A DNA stretch of 64,000 nucleotides from an uncultured Acidobacteriota bacterium (GCA_963794955.1 CAWCGF010000014.1:11201-75200); one strand, 5' to 3'; counted from the stretch's first letter, positions 44,754 to 55,636 are shown. The notes: generated by a model not told the origin, from the sequence alone. A program made the numbers and translations.

Positions 44754-46303
44754 TGGTTTCCTACTGTGATCTTGCTTTTCTCGCAAGAAATTGGTTGTGA
44801 GTTAGGAGAAATGTTTGCTGTCAGGCGTAAACTCATATCGCTGCGCCGCACGCAAACAAGGGTTTCTGATTGACCCAACACTTCGAGGTCACTCATTGTC
44901 GGCAATAAATGTCGTTCATAAGTGGCACGGTCTACGATGGCCGTATTGCCTGCCGGATGATCCAAAAGACAAAGAATCTGGGAGAGATCGGGCAATAACT
45001 GGCCGCGCCGGTCGGTATACCAAATAATCTGGTGCAGGTAATCCCAACGGGCGGGGCCGTCGGTGTACAAAAGAAGCGGCTGGGATGGCGGCGTCGCTTC
45101 GTCGGCCAGCGCCGCGAGAGGACGAATCTCAAGAGCACGCAATTTATGGCTTGACGAGAAACTAACGAACAGCACGCTGACACCAAACAACAAACAAGCA
45201 GCGGCAAATCCTGACACGAGGGAACGCTCCGGCAACCAGCGCCGCAACGCCACCGCGCTCAAAATCGCAAACGCGGGAAACGCGGGCAGAATGTAGCGCA
45301 AGACTTTGTGCTGAATCAGACTGAACGGGAGGATCACGACGATAATCCAAAGCAACAGCAACCATCTTGCTTCAGTGGGCAAAACACCTTGTTTGTCAGA
45401 TATTTTGTTGCGCCCTCCGCGTGTCATCAACACCAACCCGCCAACCAGACAAGGCAACCACGGCCAGTACAATTTCACGAGCAAAAATGGATATGCGCCC
45501 AGACCGAGCAGAAACCGCCAACCGCGTTGCGGGTCAATTGAACGCGCATTTTCAGCCGTGTAAGAAAAGTGGTGAAGCACAAATGGCGCGCCGTACCAAT
45601 GGTATTGTGTGAAGAACCACCCCAGCGGCAATCCCAATGCCACCCCCAAGCCGAGCCACAAATACGCGGAGCGCAAGGCCCCCCATTTCCTGCCCACCAG
45701 CAGATGCGCGCCGATAACGCCCAAGGCCAGTAATCCCAAAATGGAACGCGTCAACCCGGCCAAGCCAATTGCGCTGCCGCATAGAAGGAAAAAGGCCGGG
45801 TGCCGCTGTGCTTTGAGATATGCCCAAAGGGCCAGTGTAAACAGGAAGGTAAACGGGACATCGGTCATCGCGTGCGTCGCATACTTGAGGAAGTATTGCG
45901 TCGAGGCCAGCACGAACATCGCCAAGCTTGCTAACCAGTGATCGCCACTCAGCTCAAGAGCGACAAAATAAACCAGCGCAACAGTGGCCAATCCCAGCAA
46001 AGCAGGGGGAAATTTGGCAGCGAAGTCGCTCACGCCCAGCCCCCAGAATGAGAGCGCTTCCAGCCAGATAAAAAACGGTGGCTTATCGAAATCCAGCTTC
46101 CCGTTCAACCAGACATTCCACCAGTCGCCGGTCTGCAGCATCACCTTGCCTTCGTGCGCATAAACCGCATCGTCATAGCCCGCCAGATCGCCGCGATGCA
46201 AATTGGCAAACAACATCAGGCAGGTTAAGACAAAGACCAGCCAGAATCGTGAGGATGGCTGCGCCAGGACGGATAAAGCCGCCGTCAGCCTATGGGGCAA
46301 CAT
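44750..46303 (-). CDS. ArnT/PMT-type (GT-C) membrane glycosyltransferase
   Basis: DDAVYA, FDKPPFFIW, many TM helices, RYILPAFP. Confidence 0.88.
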   Translation of the reverse strand: MLPHRLTAALSVLAQPSSRFWLVFVLTCLMLFANLHRGDLAGYDDAVYAHEGKVMLQTGDWWNVWLNGKLDFDKPPFFIWLEALSFWGLGVSDFAAKFPPALLGLATVALVYFVALELSGDHWLASLAMFVLASTQYFLKYATHAMTDVPFTFLFTLALWAYLKAQRHPAFFLLCGSAIGLAGLTRSILGLLALGVIGAHLLVGRKWGALRSAYLWLGLGVALGLPLGWFFTQYHWYGAPFVLHHFSYTAENARSIDPQRGWRFLLGLGAYPFLLVKLYWPWLPCLVGGLVLMTRGGRNKISDKQGVLPTEARWLLLLWIIVVILPFSLIQHKVLRYILPAFPAFAILSAVALRRWLPERSLVSGFAAACLLFGVSVLFVSFSSSHKLRALEIRPLAALADEATPPSQPLLLYTDGPARWDYLHQIIWYTDRRGQLLPDLSQILCLLDHPAGNTAIVDRATYERHLLPTMSDLEVLGQSETLVCVRRSDMSLRLTANISPNSQPISCEKSKITVGNQ

Positions 46304-46687
46304 AGCCTGCTCCTTTCAAGAAAAAGCAGGCTCAGCAAAAAAAGCTAAACCAAATGGTTCGCTTCGTCGTCATGACAAACGACGACGGGCAGGCGAAGAA
46401 AGGCAGTTCAAGCATTTTTCGCTGAGCCGATTAGTCTAACAGGCCAGGGTGCTAAGCTTTACTACGGCAGATAGCATTCCTGGCCTTAAATTCATGCCAA
46501 GGGAAAACATGCTCACCCCAACTTTGAACAAGTGTTGCCACTCGTGTTGCCGGGATCAGCAGCAGATTAAAATTTTTACCAGTAATTTTCAGCCACGCAA
46601 CTCAGAGATGGAAATTTGTCTACTGCGCCTCAGACCTTCATTTGCTTCACTCCGGCACCTGTACAAGACCATCTTGTGCGGTTTGAT

Positions 46688-47434
46688 TTAATCAGCCTGC
46701 TTTGTTAATCCCCATCCGGGGAACACTGATCTGCGCCAAAGATAATGCGTCATTTCTTTCAGAATACGCCAGACGACGCCCGGTCGGGAAAGGGTGGATT
46801 GTCCCAACTCACGTGGATAATACGTCATCGGCAGTTCGGCAATGTCAAAGCCTAAGCGCCGACATTCCAACAACATTTCCGCATCAATAAAGGAGCCTTC
46901 CGAACTCAGTTGCATGCTGCCTACGGCGCGGCGCGGAAACAACTTACAGGCAAAGTTCACATCACGGACACGCACTCCGAGCGCCAGCCAAGTGAGCAAA
47001 TTATAGCCTTTCGATAAAAGCCAGCGCCGCCCACCTTCACCGCGATTGTTACGACAACCAATAACAATATTATGGGGTTGTGCCATCCCTATAAGTTTGG
47101 GAATCAGCTTAAAATCAAAGGGCAAGTCGGCATCCGTATACAACACGAGTTCTCCCTGCGCCCCTGCTAAGCCCGTGCGAATGGCTGCGCCCAGTCCCCG
47201 ATTGCGTGCATGTTGCAACAAGCGAACACGTGGTTCTATGGCACAAAACTGTTGGACAATTCTTACCGTGTAATCCTGACTCCCATCATCCACTAATATC
47301 AGTTCCAGAAAATCAGGGTCGTTACCGAGAATGCTAAAAATCGCCTTGATTAATAAGGGAACGTTTTCTTCCTCATTGAAGAGAGGGATGACAATTGATA
47401 ACGCCGGGTGAGGCGTTGCAACAGGGGGATTCAT
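46688..47434 (-). CDS. GT2 glycosyltransferase
   Basis: SIVIPLFNEE, VDDGS, NRGLG, TDADL, DVNFACKL. Confidence 0.92.
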   Translation of the reverse strand: MNPPVATPHPALSIVIPLFNEEENVPLLIKAIFSILGNDPDFLELILVDDGSQDYTVRIVQQFCAIEPRVRLLQHARNRGLGAAIRTGLAGAQGELVLYTDADLPFDFKLIPKLIGMAQPHNIVIGCRNNRGEGGRRWLLSKGYNLLTWLALGVRVRDVNFACKLFPRRAVGSMQLSSEGSFIDAEMLLECRRLGFDIAELPMTYYPRELGQSTLSRPGVVWRILKEMTHYLWRRSVFPGWGLTKQAD

Positions 47435-47875
47435 TGGTCGAGTCTCCGAAAATAATTAAGGCTGAGCAAAAAATCGTAAACCAAGCGCCTGACCAGAGCG
47501 TCTTTAGTACAGCAGGCGAGGTTGGTTAGGTAATTTGCCCAATCTCGAAACCAGCGATGGAGTCAAGCACTGCTAAGTCTTTTCGGGTCTCAAGCAGTGT
47601 TTGGCTCTTATTTTTTATCTTTCTACTATTGCTTCTCGTAGCAAACTGCGGCTTTCCCTGAGAACGTCTGCCAAAGGCAGGTTCAATTCATTACCAATTT
47701 TGTCCTAGATTCAGACGGTGATGAAGCAACATAAGCCATACGCAATTTATAACCGAAAGAGCGAGATGAGAAAAAGGTAATGCGACAGGAAGAGTTTCGC
47801 ACAGCCTATGCTATTTGTAAAATATGTAAAGTTCTGCTGTATAAATCTCAACCTTATTCGGTTACGATATGCCGA

Positions 47876-49135
47876 TTAGTCAGTGCTGGAATAGGCCACG
47901 CTTGGCGTCTTTCGCATATAAACACGCACGCCAACGAGCAACAACAAACCGAAGAGTAAATAAATTATCGAATTGGCGCTGATGCAGGCGCTCATGCCGT
48001 AAGACTGTGACGCCCACGCAATCGCCGTCGGAGCCAATGCGCCACCAAACCAACCGAGTGAATTCATCAACCCCACTGCTGTGGCACGGCGTTCTGGTTT
48101 GACGACATCATAGAGCGAAGCCCAGATGTTAGCGTCGTAGATTCCTTTGAAAAACCCGAAGCCAATCATCCCCAGAATCAGCACGGGAATCGCAAACGTC
48201 CAGCCCGTAAGAAAAATAAAAACCACGCCGCCAAATAACCCGATGGCTTGCGTCATCATCCTGCCACCGGCATATTTTTTCACCAGCCGATCCGCCATTA
48301 CGCCGCCGACAACCACGCCGACTATCGAAGCGAGTTGGACATACATTGTGCCGCTCAACCCCGCCATGGACAGGCTCATGTTGAATTTGCGCAACAGGAA
48401 GGTTGGCATCCAGGTCAGGAAAATCGAAGCGACGAAATTCGCACCGATGAAGACGAGGATCAAAATCCGCACCATCGGATGCGCAAAGATTTGCGCAATG
48501 TCCGCCCACAATCCTCGTTGTCGCCAATCCAGCGTCGCGTGTGCCGCATCGGCTTCATTAGCCTGTTTGCGTGGAGGTTCTTTCAACGCAATTAGCAAGA
48601 CGATACCCAACAGCACGCCCAACGAACCAAACAGCACAAAGCTCGAACGCCAGCCGTAATGCTGCCCCATAAAGCCCGATACCGCGCCGCCCGCAATTGT
48701 GCCGGCATACACGCTGGATTGATGAATCCCCATCGCGCGCGATTTGGTATCGGGGCCATGATACTCGCTAATCAAGGCCATCGAAGCCGGGAAGTAAAAC
48801 GCTTCGCCGAAACCTTCCAGTGCGCGCACCAGCACGAGATGTTCATACCGCGTCGCTAACGCTGTGCCGACAGTTACCAACGACCAGAATACCAGTCCGC
48901 CAATAATAAGCAGCTTGCGACTGAACCGATCTCCGATAATGCCCGCAATCGGCCCGGCGGCAGCATAGACATACATAAACGCTGCGCCAACGAAACTCAG
49001 TTGGACATCCGTCAAACCCATTTCCGTTTTGATCGGCGTGAAGACAGAGAAGATCGCTTGTCGGTCAGCGTAATTAAAAAAGCATACAAACCAGAGTAAT
49101 CCAACTACGATCCACTTGTAGTTTTTACTAATCAC
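47876..49135 (-). CDS. MFS transporter (ACS-like)
   Basis: NYADRQ, GDRFSRK motif A, about 12 TM; GTG start with AGGA RBS. Confidence 0.9.
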   Translation of the reverse strand: MISKNYKWIVVGLLWFVCFFNYADRQAIFSVFTPIKTEMGLTDVQLSFVGAAFMYVYAAAGPIAGIIGDRFSRKLLIIGGLVFWSLVTVGTALATRYEHLVLVRALEGFGEAFYFPASMALISEYHGPDTKSRAMGIHQSSVYAGTIAGGAVSGFMGQHYGWRSSFVLFGSLGVLLGIVLLIALKEPPRKQANEADAAHATLDWRQRGLWADIAQIFAHPMVRILILVFIGANFVASIFLTWMPTFLLRKFNMSLSMAGLSGTMYVQLASIVGVVVGGVMADRLVKKYAGGRMMTQAIGLFGGVVFIFLTGWTFAIPVLILGMIGFGFFKGIYDANIWASLYDVVKPERRATAVGLMNSLGWFGGALAPTAIAWASQSYGMSACISANSIIYLLFGLLLLVGVRVYMRKTPSVAYSSTD

Positions 49136-49344
49136 ATTATTTTCCTGTTGATTGATGAGATATTGCAGCAAGCATTGCTTAAAGCTCACGGCGAACCTGA
49201 TAAGGAGAGATACTTGTGATTGGCTTGGTTGTCAACTGAGCAAAGTAGAAAAACGAAGAGCGACTGGCAGCAAGCTGATTTCGCCGACGCGACTGGCAGC
49301 AAAGCTGGAATTTAATGCCACCCCTTACTTCGAGGTAATAGAAA

Positions 49345-49776
49345 ATGACAAGTTCCAAAACAATCCTGATCGAAGGGTATACACAGGAAGAAATAATGGC
49401 GCTCTCACCTGAACAATTGAAAGCCTTCGTATTTTCGGGACAACCACTGGTTTTCAAAGCAGGCTCGGCGCAAATCCTGGGAGAATTTGCAGTGCAACAA
49501 AATCATTTGGTGATTGAATTGGCTCAGATTGATGGAGGTGGCGAGGGAGTGCTACCCACAATTTCGGCCTTGGCAGAAAAATATGCCCGGCAAAATGATC
49601 TGCCAGCGGTGGAATGGATTATTCACGCGCTCAACTGTGCCAAGCCTAATTTAAAATTACGACGATTACTTGAGCGACGCGGGTTCCAAATCCAGGAAGT
49701 CCCTGGTCACGGGCAAGCTTATTATTTGCTGCATGAAATATTGCCGAAAGAAGGCACCAAGCGGGTCGGAGGATAA
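49345..49776 (+). CDS. Hypothetical protein
   Basis: 143-aa ORF with GAGG RBS, opposite strand to its neighbours. Confidence 0.7.
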   Translation: MTSSKTILIEGYTQEEIMALSPEQLKAFVFSGQPLVFKAGSAQILGEFAVQQNHLVIELAQIDGGGEGVLPTISALAEKYARQNDLPAVEWIIHALNCAKPNLKLRRLLERRGFQIQEVPGHGQAYYLLHEILPKEGTKRVGG

Positions 49777-49790
49777 CGACCTGGCTTGTG

Positions 49791-51101
49791 CTACTCATAC
49801 CGCAAACATTCAATCGGATCGAGCCGCGAAGCCTTGCGCGCGGGCCACACGCCAAAGATTAAGCCAATCGCTATGGAAACCGTCACGCCTGTCACGACTG
49901 CCCATAGCGGAATCGTCGCGGGAATTGAAGGGATAAAAAACATCAGGAGATAGCTCACGCCAATTGCCAGCAAAACGCCGAGAATGCCGCCGAGAAAGGT
50001 CAGCGTCATTGCCTCAAACAAAAACTGATTCACAATGTCGCGGCGTTTGGCACCAATGGCTTTGCGGACGCCAATTTCACGCGTGCGCTCGGTTACCGAA
50101 ACCAACATGATATTCATCACGCCAATGCCGCCGACCAGCAAGCCCACTGCCGAAATCGCAATGGCAATCAAGCCGATGCCTTTCGTGATGCCATCAAATT
50201 GTTCGATCATTTTATCCGCCGTGCTGATGTCGAAATTATTCGGCTGGTTGTAGCTGACGTTGCGCGTGCGGCGTAAGGTGGCTTCGACTTGATCCAACGC
50301 CTCTCCCATGCGCCCGGTTTTAGCACGCATCATCAACATCATCCAAGCTTGCGGTTGCACCTTGTGCCCGGTCTGAAACGGAATGAATATGGCGCTGTCT
50401 TCTTCGCTTTCGCCAAAGAAACTCGCCTTGCGTTTTTCAAGCACGCCAATGACTTCAAACGGCTTGCCCAACCATTCGACTTGCGAACCGACTACTTTGG
50501 CTTGATTCGGAAAGAGTGCGTGCGCGACGTTCACACCAATAACCATCACCTCGCGTTTGTGTTCGTCGTCAGTCGCGCTGATGAAGCGACCTTCGGCTAA
50601 CGAGACGTTGGCGACCTGCGCGTATTCGGGTGAAACGCCTTGAATATCGCCTTCTTTGTAGGCCAGCCCGCGAAACTTCATTGTGCGATCTACGCGCCAG
50701 AGATTGTAAGTTTTGGCCACGGCCTCCAGCGCATCAGCTTGCTGTTGCAGGGCATCGGCGTCTTCGATGCTAAGCGGTTTGCGTTGATATTCGCTGCGAT
50801 CTCGATTGCCCATGCGCGGCCCGGTCGATAGGTGAAACGCGTAGATATTGTTGGTGCCGTATTCTTCGACAATCGAAACAATGCTGTTGCGCATGCCCGT
50901 CAGAATCGAAGCAATCGCTACGACGGTCATCACGCCAATCACGATGCCTAGCACAGTCAGGAAGCTGCGGAATTTGTGGGCGCGAATGGTTTGGATCGCC
51001 ATTCGGATCGTTTCGATAGGCAGCAAGTTCGTCAGCCAGGCGAGGCGTGATTTGCGGTCAGCCTGCGGCAAGGGAACGGCGATATGATCAATATTTTGCA
51101 T
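49791..51101 (-). CDS. MacB/FtsX-type ABC permease
   Basis: [38 protein letters not shown]. Confidence 0.95.
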   Translation of the reverse strand: MQNIDHIAVPLPQADRKSRLAWLTNLLPIETIRMAIQTIRAHKFRSFLTVLGIVIGVMTVVAIASILTGMRNSIVSIVEEYGTNNIYAFHLSTGPRMGNRDRSEYQRKPLSIEDADALQQQADALEAVAKTYNLWRVDRTMKFRGLAYKEGDIQGVSPEYAQVANVSLAEGRFISATDDEHKREVMVIGVNVAHALFPNQAKVVGSQVEWLGKPFEVIGVLEKRKASFFGESEEDSAIFIPFQTGHKVQPQAWMMLMMRAKTGRMGEALDQVEATLRRTRNVSYNQPNNFDISTADKMIEQFDGITKGIGLIAIAISAVGLLVGGIGVMNIMLVSVTERTREIGVRKAIGAKRRDIVNQFLFEAMTLTFLGGILGVLLAIGVSYLLMFFIPSIPATIPLWAVVTGVTVSIAIGLIFGVWPARKASRLDPIECLRYE

Positions 51102-51157
51102 GAAGGATTCCTTAACAGAAGGCTCAGCCTTTACGACTCAGTTGGCTTCCCAAACAA

Positions 51158-51181
51158 CACGCTGAAGCGTGAACGCTGAAC
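51158..51181. repeat. Short palindrome of a second REP-like family
   Basis: cacgctgaagcgtgaacgctgaac between the two permeases. Confidence 0.45.
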
Positions 51182-51185
51182 ATCA

Positions 51186-52430
51186 TTAGCTCTTCGTCAA
51201 CGCAATGATTGGATCAAGTTTTGCCGCTTTCCACGCCGGATAAATGCCCGCGATCATGCCGATGCCGCCGGACACCAGTAACGCTAATAAAATGTAGCCA
51301 ATCGTGATCGTCATCGGCAGTGGCGTCGTCTGCGTAATCACCCACGAAAGCCCGGATGCCAGCAACAATCCCAACAATCCGCCAATCGCGGACAACAAAG
51401 ATGATTCAATCAGGAATTGCAATAGGATTTGTTTCGAGCGCGCTCCCAACGCCTTGCGCAAGCCGATTTCAAACGTCCGCTCGGTCACTGAAACCAGCAT
51501 AATGTTCATCACGACAATGCCGCCAACCACCAATGACAGCAGGGTGATCGGCGTCACGACCATCGCAATCGTGCCAGTGAATTGGTCTACTTGATTATTG
51601 ACTTCTTCGACGTTGACGAGGCCGAAATCGTCTTCCGCATCGCCGCTGAGTTTGTGCCGATTGCGCATCGCCAACCGCGCGTCTTCAATCGCTTGATGAA
51701 GCTGTTCGCGGTTCCCTGCTTTGCCATGAATTTGCAGGCTTTGCCGCCGCCCCCAAATATGCCCGAAGGTCGTCAGCGGAAGGTACAAATGATTGTCCAA
51801 CGAATCGCCAAACATTGAGCCACGTTTTGCTTCGACACCGACGATTTTCAGCGGAATGCCACCGACTTTCAGTTCTTGTCCAATGGGGTCTACGCCCTGA
51901 AAAAACTTCTCGCGCAAATCGTTGCCGATGACGACAACCAGGGATGAATGCTCAACTTCGTTTTGCGCTAAGAAACGGCCTTCGGCAATGTCCTTGTTTT
52001 CAATTTCGACCATGTTTGCGGTTACACCAGCCACGCGCGTCCCGAATAATTCCTGTCCTTTGTAATTCAGGTTTTGTTGCGTATTCGCTTGCGCGCCAAC
52101 CTCGGAACACGACCGACAAGTGCGCATCATATATTCATAATCGTCCCAATAGAGCCGCTTGTTCCGCCGATCCATCTTCTCCCATTGCTCCTGCGACACT
52201 CGCCCATTCATCGCAATCCGCGCCATCATAAAGTGGTTGACGCCGAGCATCTTCGACACCGTCGCCAGCACGTAAGTATTCAGCCCACTGATCGAAGCGC
52301 CGACCACCACCACCGAAGCCACGCCGATAATGATGCCGATGAGCGTTAAGAACGCACGCAACTTGTGCGCAAAAATGGATTGGATCGCCAGCTTAAAGGC
52401 ATCGAAGTAAAACGAAACGTATTGCCGCAT
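51186..52430 (-). CDS. MacB/FtsX-type ABC permease
   Basis: [28 protein letters not shown]; start MRQYV. Confidence 0.95.
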   Translation of the reverse strand: MRQYVSFYFDAFKLAIQSIFAHKLRAFLTLIGIIIGVASVVVVGASISGLNTYVLATVSKMLGVNHFMMARIAMNGRVSQEQWEKMDRRNKRLYWDDYEYMMRTCRSCSEVGAQANTQQNLNYKGQELFGTRVAGVTANMVEIENKDIAEGRFLAQNEVEHSSLVVVIGNDLREKFFQGVDPIGQELKVGGIPLKIVGVEAKRGSMFGDSLDNHLYLPLTTFGHIWGRRQSLQIHGKAGNREQLHQAIEDARLAMRNRHKLSGDAEDDFGLVNVEEVNNQVDQFTGTIAMVVTPITLLSLVVGGIVVMNIMLVSVTERTFEIGLRKALGARSKQILLQFLIESSLLSAIGGLLGLLLASGLSWVITQTTPLPMTITIGYILLALLVSGGIGMIAGIYPAWKAAKLDPIIALTKS

Positions 52431-52599
52431 ATTTTCAGCCTGAAAAAGGGGGACGAGCTTCAAGTTGTGCAAACCAACCGAAGCTCGCCCACCATTGCTC
52501 GAAGGATTCTCGTCGCAAGTTACGCGGCTTTCTTTGAAAAAGTTCTCAGAAAAAAGCCACTCAAGGTGAAAGACGCTGGGCACGCGAAAGTATTAACAA

Positions 52600-54019
52600 C
52601 TAGATTATGGGCGTTGCTGGCAGATTATGCTGTGAGGACACTTGATCCGTTGGCCGATGCTGGCCAAAACCGGTGAGAATCGTTTCCAGAAAGGGGAGTA
52701 AGTAAGTAACGCGCTTGGCACGAATTACCCAGTCCCATAAGGGTTCAAATTTCTTCCATCCACCGGCATAAGCGACGTGTCGCAATTGCCCCAGGAGATG
52801 TTCTTTTGCTGCCGCCCCTTTGAGAATTGCACCCCAACGATAAAAATCACGGTAGGCTTGCCAGTATCCGTCTTCCAACTCCTCAACGGTCATTCTGGCC
52901 GGTTGATAGACGACGTGACGGGTATCAAACAAATCCCAGTTTGTGCTCAGCATCCGCCCCTCTCGCTGCATGCGCTGATACAACCCCGTACTTGGATACG
53001 GGGTAAGAATATGAAAGGTGGCGGTCTCAATTCCCTGTTCAATGGCCCATTCCACGGTGGCATCAAATACCGACTTATCATCGTGATCCATCCCAAAAAC
53101 AAAACTCCCGTTAATCATTACTCCCTGCTCGTGCAAGCGACGGATGGCGGTACCATAATCACGGTTGAGATTTTGATATTTGTCGTGATCACGTAAATTC
53201 ACGGGGTTCAGGGTTTCGAATCCGACGAACAAACTTCGCAAGCCACTCTCAACGGCTTTTTCCAGCAAGGTATAGTCCAGGACAGATTTTACGGTACCGG
53301 CTGCCTGCCAGAGCCGCCCCATTCCTTTCATCCCCTCGAATAAGGCGGAGGCAAAGCGCGGATTGCCAAACAAATGATCGTCGAGAAAATATATAGTGTC
53401 GTCCCGGCAACCGCTCAATCTCGGCCAAAGCATCATCCACCGCCTGCGTGTAAAAAGAGCGCCCCCCTGCAAAGAAAGCTTCTTTGTAGCAAAAATCGCA
53501 GGTATGCGGACAGCCCCGCGAAACAACGATGGAATTTGGGACTAAATACAGATGCCGTTTGATGAGATCGCGCCTGATTTTCGGCAAGCCAAGTAAGGTG
53601 CGAATTTTGGATTCGTACCTTTTCCCTGGCTGCCCAGCGCGAAAATCTGCCAGAAACTGGGGCCAGATGTCCTCGCCAGGGCCAAGAAAGATCGTATCGG
53701 CGTGACGAGCAGCTTCGGTTGGCAGCGAGGTTACATGCAATCCGCCGAGGGCGACATGTGCGCCTTTTCGACGGTAATGATCGGCGATTTGATATGCGCG
53801 ATAGGCGGAGGTGATATAAACCTGGATCACTACCAGGTCGGGTTCATCCGTTAAATCAAGGGTTTCAACGTGTTCGTCCTGTAGGCTAATTTCATCATCG
53901 TCAGGGCAATACCCGGCTAAGGTTGCTAATCCCAAAGGCGGAAAGAGTGAATATTTGATGGGACGCCAGAACGGGCTTTTCGCTTCCGTTAACGCTGGCA
54001 AGATCATTTTTATTTTCAT
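52600..54019 (-). CDS. B12-binding-domain radical SAM protein, frameshifted near 53393
   Basis: PPLGLATLAG and GGLHVT cobalamin-domain motifs, SRGCPHTCDFC, YFLDDH, FVFGMD, ILTPYP. Confidence 0.88.
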
Positions 54020-54041
54020 AAAAGCACTCCCAACTGTTGTT

Positions 54042-54206
54042 TCAGTGCGCCAGCAACGAGGTTGCCCGCGCCCGTGACCAATTCCATGAACGCCAATCCG
54101 TGTTAGCAAGCTGAACACGGCGTTGCTGCAAGTTCTCTTGTACGACTACTTGCGCCGCTGGACTGAGTGCGGGTTTCCCCACGATCAAGGCACTGAGGTT
54201 TGTCAT
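54042..54206 (-). CDS. Unannotated 54-aa Trp-rich small protein
   Basis: [54 protein letters not shown]; AAGGGG RBS; fills the yjbQ-rSAM gap. Confidence 0.6.
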   Translation of the reverse strand: MTNLSALIVGKPALSPAAQVVVQENLQQRRVQLANTDWRSWNWSRARATSLLAH

Positions 54207-54217
54207 AGCGATTCCCC

Positions 54218-54718
54218 TTAGTTGAAGCCCTCTCCGATGCTTGTGCCCAAAACAGTGAGGGAGATTGACCGTTCTCTGGCTGTATCAAGTTCTAGAAAAA
54301 AGATACTCTGCCAGCGCCCCAGATCGAGTTTCCCGTTAACCACATTCAGTGTTTCTGAAGTACGAAGAAATAACGCTTTGCAATGGGCGTGGCCGTTTGG
54401 GCGTTCTTCCGGTGTCATGTTTTCCGTCCGAATCTCGAAGTTATCGTGAGAATACGGCGCGTCTCGCGGTGCCAACGATTCTAAGGTTCGGCGCAAGTCT
54501 TGCAGCAAAAGCGGTTCGTTTTCATTGATGATGATGGCTGTCGTCGTATGCTTCGACTGCACGTTAACCAGGCCATGCCTGATGCCAGAAAGAGCAACCA
54601 GTTCTTTGATTTTGGTTGTCACATCAATGAACTGTAAGCACTCTCGCGTTTGCAATTTTAGCGTGTGGCGACACACTTCGACCGAACGCTGCTGGTGCAG
54701 CGGGAAAGTAATCAGCAT
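54218..54718 (-). CDS. yjbQ: YjbQ (UPF0047) family protein
   Basis: HTTTAIIINENE, NGHAH, LGRWQSIFFLELD. Confidence 0.92.
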   Translation of the reverse strand: MLITFPLHQQRSVEVCRHTLKLQTRECLQFIDVTTKIKELVALSGIRHGLVNVQSKHTTTAIIINENEPLLLQDLRRTLESLAPRDAPYSHDNFEIRTENMTPEERPNGHAHCKALFLRTSETLNVVNGKLDLGRWQSIFFLELDTARERSISLTVLGTSIGEGFN

Positions 54719-54742
54719 AAAAATCTCCCTGTATTCTGGTTG

Positions 54743-54815
54743 GTTGAGCAAGCTGTCAACTTGCGGTTGCAGACAAGCGCGAATTGGAAAACTACAAACG
54801 CAAGTTGACAGCTTG
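54743..54815. repeat. REPIN variant
   Basis: gttgagcaagctgtcaacttgcg ... cgcaagttgacagcttg. Confidence 0.7.
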
Positions 54816-54902
54816 ATGGACACGCACTGCAATTAGGCCAGAGGTGGTTGTCCTGCCAAGTCCCCCCACAACTTCAGCCTGCCGGAATTACAGTATGCGA
54901 CT

Positions 54903-55631
54903 TCATGCCGTTCGTGCCGCTTCGATACCACCAAAGCGACGGTTGCGGGCGTGAAATTGGTGGACGGCATCCAATAAATCCTGCCGTCCAAAGTCGGGCC
55001 ATAAGGTGGCCGTGAAAGACAATTCGGCGTAAGCGCATTCCCACAGCAAAAAATCGCTCAAGCGTTGTTCGCCGCTCGTACGAATCAATAAATCCACGTC
55101 GGGCGCAGTGATGTCGGGGTTGAGCAAAAGCCCAAACTCCTCCCGCGAAATTTCCCGCTGATGAATTTTTCGGGCCGCCTGCAAGAGAGTCTCACGCGCA
55201 GAATAATCAATCGCCAGGCGTAGATGTAGCTCGGTGCCGCTGCGGGTCAGCACCTCTGCGGTTTCAATCGCCATTCGCACAGCGCCAGGCAAACGATCCC
55301 GTCGTCCAATAACGCTTAAGCGAATCCCCTGCTTGACGCAGGCCTGCGCTTCTTTGAGCAAATGGAAACGGAAGAGTTTCATCAACTCGCTCACTTCGCT
55401 GGTCGGGCGTTTCCAGTTGTCGGCAGAGAAGGCATAGAGCGTCATCGTCGAGATGCCGTATTCGACCGCCGCCTCAACCGTTCGCCGCACCGCCGTTGCC
55501 CCCGCCCGATGCCCAATAGTGCGTGGCAGACCACGCTTGGCTGCCCAACGACCATTGCCGTCCATAATGATAGCGACATGAAAATCGGGTGAAGTGAGAT
55601 TGCCAGATTCAACTAAACTACTTTGTTTCAT
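54903..55631 (-). CDS. uppS: cis-prenyltransferase (UppS family)
   Basis: [42 protein letters not shown]. Confidence 0.93.
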   Translation of the reverse strand: MKQSSLVESGNLTSPDFHVAIIMDGNGRWAAKRGLPRTIGHRAGATAVRRTVEAAVEYGISTMTLYAFSADNWKRPTSEVSELMKLFRFHLLKEAQACVKQGIRLSVIGRRDRLPGAVRMAIETAEVLTRSGTELHLRLAIDYSARETLLQAARKIHQREISREEFGLLLNPDITAPDVDLLIRTSGEQRLSDFLLWECAYAELSFTATLWPDFGRQDLLDAVHQFHARNRRFGGIEAARTA

Positions 55632-55636
55632 AAAGT
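55620..55636. promoter_or_regulatory. Candidate operator ACTTT-N7-AAAGT
   Basis: actttgtttcataaagt over the putative uppS start; same spacing as the site at 56698. Confidence 0.5.

Noticed and set aside
15108-54019. Programmed ribosomal frameshifting at the split genes
   Set aside because: No shared slippery sequence or stimulator, and the gene families are unrelated.
54042-54206. Firm call of a darobactin cluster
   Set aside because: The rSAM is B12-type rather than DarE/SPASM and the core lacks the terminal Phe; kept only as a generic RiPP hypothesis.
3954-54815. REP pairs with variable spacers as CRISPR arrays
   Set aside because: The repeats are inverted pairs at dispersed loci, not direct arrays, and no cas genes are present.
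54874-54906. Mini-[13 protein letters not shown] coupled to the uppS stop
   Set aside because: Only 10 codons, with no supporting features.
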